64,000 nucleotides of DNA from Octopus sinensis. Lineage: Eukaryota. The number at the start of each line of letters is the position of its first letter. The stretch's first letter is position 1. Under the pieces are notes generated by a model, which made no database searches, was not told the DNA's origin, and saw only the letters and a list, made by a program, of their open reading frames with translations. Position numbers and translations under genes: made by a program. Where the stretch lies: positions 158,162,001 to 158,226,000 of the forward strand of contig NC_042998.1 in assembly GCF_006345805.1 (NCBI RefSeq). Direction: 5' to 3'. Below are positions 55,480 through 64,000 of this stretch, piece after piece.

Positions 55480-56854
55480 GGTCTGTGTGTGTGTGTGTGT
55501 ATGAATGTGTGTGTGTATGGAGAGAAAGAAAGATGAAGAGGCGGGAGAGAGATTGTTAGGTCCATTCGGAGCTGGGTTGCTTGGGAATGCAGGTGGAGAG
55601 TTAATAAAGCAAAAAATGTCTATAAACACAGTGCGGTTTATAAATGTTCTTAATCTCCTACAACACATATTGGGAAATCAGTAGTGTTAACAAGCCGAAT
55701 GAAAAGGGTCTGTTTGTTAAAAATAGTAAGCAGTTGTCAATCACATAATTCTCTAACACCTTTTGACATGGAAGTTCACATAGTGCAAAGTAGTCCCAAA
55801 TACCAAAATCCAATCATAAGTCTGGCCATTGAAAAAGAGATTACACTGGCGGTGCTCCAGCGTCACCACAGCCTTAGGGCTGAAACATGTAAAAAAATAA
55901 AAGAATACATTCACACCCGCACCACCAAAAAAAAAAAACACTACCCTAACGACTTGAAAACATTGATCATAGTTCTATTTCATGAGCTTTGACCTGGGTC
56001 AACAGAAGAACAACGATAGCTAGAACAACTATCACAAACCTTGAATGAAACCGTTTTATCCCTTCGTGGCAAGAATATAACAGAGCTCATTAACCGTTCA
56101 TGCCTAATTTCAAAGTTCAATGAACTAACACTGCTTACTTACATCGTATATATATGTGCTTTTCCTTATTTTGTATTCAGAATTATATTTTATGTCGTAA
56201 AACATTTTATTGCAAGTGAAGTTAGAAAATGTAACAGCAGCAACATATTGCTTTGAACTACATAATGGAGAGAGAAGAATGCTATCGAGACGTATTGGAT
56301 ATCTGTTTCGGTTTTAAATGCATACAGAGGGAGAGAGGGAAAGAGAAGGAGGTGTGAGAAGAAGAGAAAGAGAAAGAGAGATAGAAAGGGAGAGGGAGAG
56401 AGGGGGAGATAAAGAGAGGTAGAGAGAGAGAGAGGGAGGAAAAGACAGAGGCAGACAGACTAACAGGTAGATAGATACATAGATGAATAGATAGATACAT
56501 ACATATATACATACATATGCATTTGTGTGTGAGTGTAAAAATATCATATACTTATATCTTTACACGCACACACAAATACATATACACACACATACATACA
56601 CACACAAACACAAACACATATATGTATGTATGAATCTATGTTCATTCATGTGATCGCAAATATATATGCAAGTGTATGCATGTGTGTGATTTGTGGTGAA
56701 ACTCTGGAAGAAGTTATAATAAAACGCAAAAATAACATAAATAAAATATCAATGATCGCTCTAGAATGAATTCAATAAAGTATAATTTTTTCTTAAAAAA
56801 ACTTAAGAAAAAAGACATCCATTAAAATTTTTATATAGCAAAATGATTGAACGA

Positions 56855-56944
<90 letters not shown>

Positions 56945-56958
56945 CAATAATAATAATA

Positions 56959-57043
<85 letters not shown>

Positions 57044-57259
57044 CAACAACAAAGATTGAATGAATTATATTATCGAATTCGAAGGAAACTAAAAGAATTA
57101 CTTTATAAAATAATAATAATAAAAAATTGAATGACTTATATAAGAGAACTGAATAATATATTATATGAGAGATGAAAAAATGACTAAAAATTGTGTAGAA
57201 TATAAACAAGATATGAACGAAATGAAAATACTGAGAAAAATATACGTGCGTCAGTATAT

Positions 57260-57318
<59 letters not shown>

Positions 57319-58041
57319 AAAAGAGAGAGTAATAATGAATATAACATGTTTAAAGAAATTTCAATAAAAATGAAAGAATTTACTATAGTAAAAGAGAAAG
57401 TGAAAAATAAAGAAGGAGAAACGGAAAACTTAGTTACATTTAAGCCATATTTGAATGCTATTCTCTGACAGGCAGCCATACATCTTGCTTGCTCTTCTAA
57501 ATCATCCAACGAAATTTTCTTTTATTGCGTGTATTTTTCTTTCACGCTTAGTCGCTTTTTTGACGTTTCCCATCTCCCTCTCTCTCATTCTCTTTCTCTT
57601 ACTCTCTCTCTCACACACGAATTTGCTCTCTTGTTGACTATGTTTATTATCGTAGTTGTGTATTCGGTTTTTTTTTTGCTCATTTGTTTTTGTTCACGTT
57701 TCTAATATAACTCTAGCTGTTTTTCTTGTTCTAGTTTTAGTTTTTATTGTTGTTGAGGCTGTAGTTGTTGTAGTATGATTTTTTCCCTAAAATACTTGAC
57801 TCTCCCTTCCAATTTTACATACTCCTTTTTTTTATAGTTATTACCCTTTTCATTCTTTTAGCGCAAAATGCATTCAAGCACAGGATTCCTACATACGAAC
57901 ACTTGCATATCCAAACAAGCATAATGCTTTGTACCGATATGCATGCATACATACGCACATCTTATACAGATACGCACAAACGCATATACCTAAATACATG
58001 TGTATATGTGTGTGTGTTCATATATGTATATGTGGGTGTAG

Positions 58042-58086
<45 letters not shown>

Positions 58087-58304
58087 CAAAGAGAGAGAGA
58101 GAGAGACGAGGAGGAGAGAGGGGGAGGGAAAGGAGAAAAGAGAGGAGATAGACATGCATCTTAATACTGATATATATATATCTTCTTGAAGATATACATA
58201 TACATACATGAGAATGGATAAGTACATAATGAATGTATATATACACGTGTATGTGCGTGATATATATGCGTGTGTCTATATGTGTGTGTATCTGTGTGTG
58301 TGCG

Positions 58305-58336
<32 letters not shown>

Positions 58337-59175
58337 CGTGTAGTGTGTATGTAGGGAATTGTTCACGTACATACGTATATGTATGTTTATATGTATACAG
58401 GTATATATGTATATGGGCACCTATGTATATATGCATGCATATACGGATGTGTGTATGTACGGAAGGATGAACACATAGCTTCCGGAACCACGCCTATATT
58501 CTATGAAACTGTAAGGAGTGGACTACCGGCACCAACGACCTTATTCAAAGCCTGATTCCACATAACTGCTCAGTTCATAGAACATCTGGAGTCAGGCTGG
58601 CTGATGCCAAAATGGCGTCTTTCGCTTGCCTAACGTTCATTACTCGCTGATGCAGAAAACTGCGCTGTCTTTTATTTTTAATTCACTGTCTAAAAGAGCC
58701 CAAAGGCTTTCCCGACAATTCTATTACGTATCCATAGCAATTACTTTCCCACTGAGAGTGAAACAAACACAGATGTGCACTGAAGCAGCAAATTTCTATC
58801 AAAATCGGAAATTTTCGTTGCAAAAGTCATTAAACCGAACGCTGCTGCAGCAATCGTTGGTGCTGTGTGGATGCTCTGTGCTCTTCTTTCTGTTATAACA
58901 TTCTGAACTGTCGGATGCTTTACTGTAACACTCACATATACTCGCAGCTATTATGTGCATCATACATAAAACACATACCATACACTACACGATATATACA
59001 TGCATTGCATGCGTCTGTATAGATGCTTGCATAAATGTGCGTTGCATTGTATATGTATATGTATATATATATAAACATACACACTATTACACATCATACA
59101 TATACACGCCCTAATGTATACACACACACATACTATGTGCATGTATATGTTCGTGTATGTATATTTGTGTGTCAG

Positions 59176-59269
<94 letters not shown>

Positions 59270-61729
59270 TTACACAGCTGCTCTACATACCCATACACAT
59301 TCACTACTCTTGACATATATATAATATCTGTATGCACATATTTATATGCTAAACAGTCGTACACACACACACACGCACACACACACGCACGCACACACAA
59401 ACACACACAGACACACACACACACACATCAGGAGTGTGTGTATGCGCGAGCGTGCCAGTCAACATCACACACCCGCCAGGGGGAGAGTAATAATGGCAAA
59501 CGGGATGTTAGATGCCGCTGCTTCTTTGATCTTATGATTAGCGTTTAAAAACGTTAACCCGATCAAGCGGCTCTAACATACATATACAGACAGCATGGCC
59601 CGACATCAACAAATCTGATATATTCTTCCTCTTTGAAGACATCACAAGCAGAAGATTGGAATACACTGTTCCTGGAATAGAGCGATTCAAAACAGTATTT
59701 ATGCAGCAAATACTAATATATTCTTAGAATATTTTAGCAATAAACTCAAACATATTTAGAATGACACCTGAGGCCTGCTACAAATTCGCTTCTTCTCATT
59801 GAAAATTTACTTGTTTTATACCCTAAATTTATTATCTTGATAAACTAGAATGTATTTCTATTTTACTGCGTTGTCTTGCACATGTTTCTGTTGTTGCTCT
59901 ATCACTCATTTAGATTCAATAAACGTATCACTGAGCGGAATTGTCAGTGGATTTTAGAGAAGAACTGAGTTTCTTGAATTTTCTTTCAACCGACCTTTTC
60001 CCTAGGTATGTCCGTTTTAAGAGGGTATTTGATCTATGTTAAGGTTTTAACTAAACTAACAAAATAATTCTCGGTTCTACAATGCTTTCACAAACGAATC
60101 GATGACTAGTGCTCATAATGGCGTGTAGTTACTTTTAGATAGACGAGGAACTAAAATCTCTCTCACGGTACAGCAATGATTTAATAAGTCAACATATCAA
60201 TCAAGAAGCCCTTAAAACTGAGACTACATTAGAGTTTCATTGTACAAATAATACTACCATAATGATATTATTAGTAATACTGTCATATCACTTTGACCAG
60301 ATATTTGATATATGATTTCGTTTTTTAGCTTCGAATAATTCTCAATGTAATACGAAAACTTTCAATGGATTATTCGGACGATTATAACTGTTTCTCAGCT
60401 CAAGAATCCTTTTGTCTTCAGAAAACCGAGCACTCGAATATGAGAAACACAAAACGTAGCTGTCAAACATACGTAAATATACTCTTTTCCCATGTGAGTA
60501 ATGAGGTGTCAAAAATATTTTCTCCATTATTCACGGCTACTAATGTACCGGTGCCTTTGCAAGTTGAGATCTATTCTGTAATCGCAGCACAAAAAATTGT
60601 CTCCTACTCAAAATCAATGATTTTCACTGATTGCAGATTTTTTTTATTTGGGTGGATGATCAATGTGTTGAATTCGATATGTATTAGCTCAGTGGACAAA
60701 TAATGTTCTTAATCGATTTTACCTATTATAATCATTTCTTTTAGATCACGATTATGAGAGCAATTGTTTCATTGTTTATTGGGCCAAATATCAAATCATT
60801 GAACTTCTAACAGCGAGAGTCACATATGGCAAGTTTAAAAACTGTAGCAAATTCGACATGCTGGTTAGTTACTTCTTCCTTACAACATTATACAGCACCG
60901 GCTATAAATATGAAATGCATAATATATATGAATGTATTTTCGTGTGTCAGAGAAAAGTATGTATTTTCTAAGTAACCATTGACTTTGATTAATATCTATC
61001 AAGCCAGAGTCATCTCGGCACCAAAGAAGTCCTACTTACTGTTCATACATAGTATAAAGTGTCCTTTTACTAACAGATGACAAATCAAAAGAAAAAAAAT
61101 CAAACAACAGAAATTTCTATGAAGTGTATTATCGACATAAACAGTCTTGTAAGATACTATACAAATACCAGATGCTGGTTGTACATAGATTAAGTGAAAC
61201 GAAACTAGAAATGTTTAAGCTATCTTTGTATAAAGATTTCTGAATAAAAGACTAGACAGACTAGCAATTTGCTTTTATAATTCAGTATTTATTAATGTTA
61301 AATTGTTTAGAATTTATACTTTTCTTTGTGGCGTTTGAATTTGCTGTATGAGAAACCTATTCATTATTTCACAAATTCTAAGTCATTATGTTTGTGATAG
61401 AAATATAATTGAATACTAAGTAATACAGATTGTAAATATTTCATTAATGATATTGTATTATAATGTTATCTATTATATATTATATATTAGCACACTACCA
61501 ACGACAGGATTGATGCGGGGAACGAGATAAGATATCAGCTGCCCGTATCCTGTCTCCCGATACTGCTTTATGACCGTGGTCAAAATATTTGACTACAGAA
61601 AAAAAAGAACAGATCACAAAATGCAGAAGCTGGTATAAGTGCTGATGTACTACATCACCGTAAATGAAAGCAATATCTCAATAAACACATGTCTCTTCAG
61701 CCTACACAGTTGAATTCGAAAACACAGTG

Positions 61730-61774
<45 letters not shown>

Positions 61775-62419
61775 GGGGTTATAATCGAAGCTGTGTCCTT
61801 GTGGGGAAGGGGCACGTTTTCAGATTCCGGTAATCAAATATATGCATGTACATATTTTATTTTAAATGAGTACACCATGGTTACTAGTTGCACGTCCTGG
61901 TGATTCATATTTTCAAAGTATATATTAAAACAAAGACGGGAAATTTGGAATATTTTTAATTCCATGTTACACGTGTTTTTATACAGTATAGGAAATGTAT
62001 TATGAACAATGCATAATAGATATATACATGTAGAGAACATGTAAAGGTAAGATAAACAAAATAGTTCTCCATCTGGTAATAGATAAATATTGCTTTATGT
62101 GCATAGTATACGGTTATGAACTACTAACAGTTTCATACATTGAAGTTGTTGTCTAGGTAGGTTTAATAACACGCCTTGTGTCTCCAAGCAATTTTCAGAC
62201 TCTAAACACATAGCCTATACAAGTGGCAAATCAGGACAATAGAACAAGAGAAATTACGAGAAAATTACAAGTAGGTGGATGCAAAAAGTGGAGGAGTGAA
62301 CAAAAAAGTTTTTGAGAATTAGAGTTATGTTTCTCCGTAAAACTAGTTGGTATAGAATCAACGGGAGAGGTCTAAAGTAAGCGATATTGATGCTCAATCT
62401 AGGAAAGGTGGTACTCTCC

Positions 62420-63070
62420 ATTTCCCCAAAAGTAACTGTCCATATGTTTGCATTCGCTGAAAGTTTCTGATCCGAAATTAGCAGTGCAATGGAATTCTTA
62501 GATCTAATAAGGATATGCGGTCTAGAGCCCTTAACACAGAGAGTGGATTTTTTTACTATTTTCCTCTTGATTATCTCTGCGTAGAGTTGATCTTCGAACC
62601 TCATGCGTGGCTAACGAACCAAGTGGCTTTACTTTTGTCGATGTACCGGTAAGAAGATAGGCGGTTTGCATAGCGTCGTTTGAAGTTGCCTTTTGCGTAA
62701 TCCCATGTAATTCTTCTCTTCGGTTAGATTATCGTGTGGGGTTGTTGTTACGTTTGCACTTCTGCCATTAAGTTTGGTCTGAAGGCCAACTCCACACCAA
62801 ATACAATCAAGTGGAAAATCGTTGAAAAATACATGCCATATGTTGATGGATCTGAAAGATGAAAGTTATGCCTAGCTGTAAGATCGCACATCCTTTTAAG
62901 ATCTAGCAATTCTACCAAATTGCTAACTCCAGGTCAGAAATTTTCAGCAAATGTTATAGTGAACATCCCTATTATCCTTAATATCCTAGAAACAGCTGTA
63001 AGACTAACTTTCTCTTTATGAATGTCCTGAAAATTCCATACAGCCTTAGCTTTGTTGTCTCAGTTTATTT
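62420..63070 (-). mobile_element. Penelope-like element remnant: GIY-YIG endonuclease region plus an inverted partial pLTR (62975-63070, +)
   Basis: Minus strand gives LNG..ANVTTT...EEKNYMGL/AKGNFKRRYANRLSSYR...KATWFVSHA*, IKRKIVKKST...GSRP and NFGSETFSECKH, matching from recall the PLE pattern YIGLT..FK.RY.NH..SF...T.LS.HIW and N.RSE..S.C.H. The plus-strand segment atcctaGAAAcagctgTAagac is the 3' half of an HHR and is homologous to ~18480-18570. Confidence 0.65.
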
Positions 63071-63072
63071 AA

Positions 63073-63145
<73 letters not shown>

Positions 63146-64000
63146 CTGTATAACATTGGAAGCTCTCCTAGATTCAGCTTGTTCAGGTGTTTCTTATGCC
63201 TTTCATCATTTGATGCTCTCCTTGATGCAACTTGTTAAGGAGTTTGAGAGTCCCTAAGTATTTGCATATTCTCAGCATTGGAAGCTCTCCTGGCTGGCGT
63301 TTGATCTGAGTTTTCATTTGCACAGGACTTTCCTTTCCTCGCTGCAGCCTTAGCTCTTTTAATTGTAATCTGTCCTCTGTTGGCGGAGATTTGTTTTTAC
63401 GGGACATACTGCCGCTGTATGCGACAGGCAACAATAAACTACAGAAGAACCTGAAAATTGATCACTGCATTTAAGTATTACATTAATATTTAAGCTTACC
63501 TTTTAAAAATTCAACGATAATTCTTCTGCCGCCACTTCATTTAAAGACAATTTGATGTACGTAGGTCCTTACTTTTCGTACAAATAATTATTTTTATTTC
63601 AAGGGTGACTCGCTCGATTTCGCAATTTATTTTGATTATTCCAAAATTTATTTCCAAGTTATAAAAATTGTAATATTAATATGCTAATACCTACGTAGTT
63701 ACGTACGCACGTACCTGTGGTGTGTGTCACACTTAGTTGAAAGGAAGAGGTAAAAAGAGAGAAATGAAACTTGTTAAGCAGAAGAATCGTTGAAGTAAGA
63801 AGCAAAGCGGCAAAGAATAGGGAGTAAGAGGGAATGGGAGAGTGAGAGAGAGAGAGAGAAAGAGAGAAAACATTGATCGCGCTGACAGGTAAGAGAAGGA
63901 GACATAGAGGAGGGAGAGAGGAAGAAGCAGGAGGAAGAGAGAAAGATATTTAGAGAGATTGACTGAGTGAACGAAAGGAGTGGATAGAGAATGATAATGA

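Noticed and set aside
63183-63434. LLNKLHQG similarity to a Gypsy integrase zinc-binding region
   Set aside because: Only ~8 residues resemble it; no LTRs or other domains seen.

Overview
AT-rich animal genomic DNA saturated with microsatellites and old transposons. Its tRNA-derived SINE families and repeat content look most like an octopus/cephalopod genome (inference). I can support no intact host gene; nearly all listed ORFs are microsatellite translations. Recognisable elements: five distinct decayed mariner transposons (one nested in a hAT-like MITE), two RTE-clade LINE remnants (one with a twin-priming-type inversion), a tandem pair of R4/Dong-like 3' ends in (TAA)n, two Helitron remnants, Penelope-like (PLE) RT/GIY-YIG remnants and many SINEs. 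The main result is a dense set of hammerhead-ribozyme (HHR) motifs from about seven unrelated repeat families. (i) A four-copy repeat whose three HHR core strands lie in reversed, non-circularly permuted order (NUH, then GAAA, then CUGAAGA), with all three stems retained across divergent copies. (ii) A ~560-bp tandem array with an intact minimal type I HHR per unit (retrozyme/pLTR-like). (iii) A ~350-bp HHR unit present as two differently permuted, inverted monomers. All structures were folded by eye and none is tested; element boundaries are approximate unless termini are quoted.
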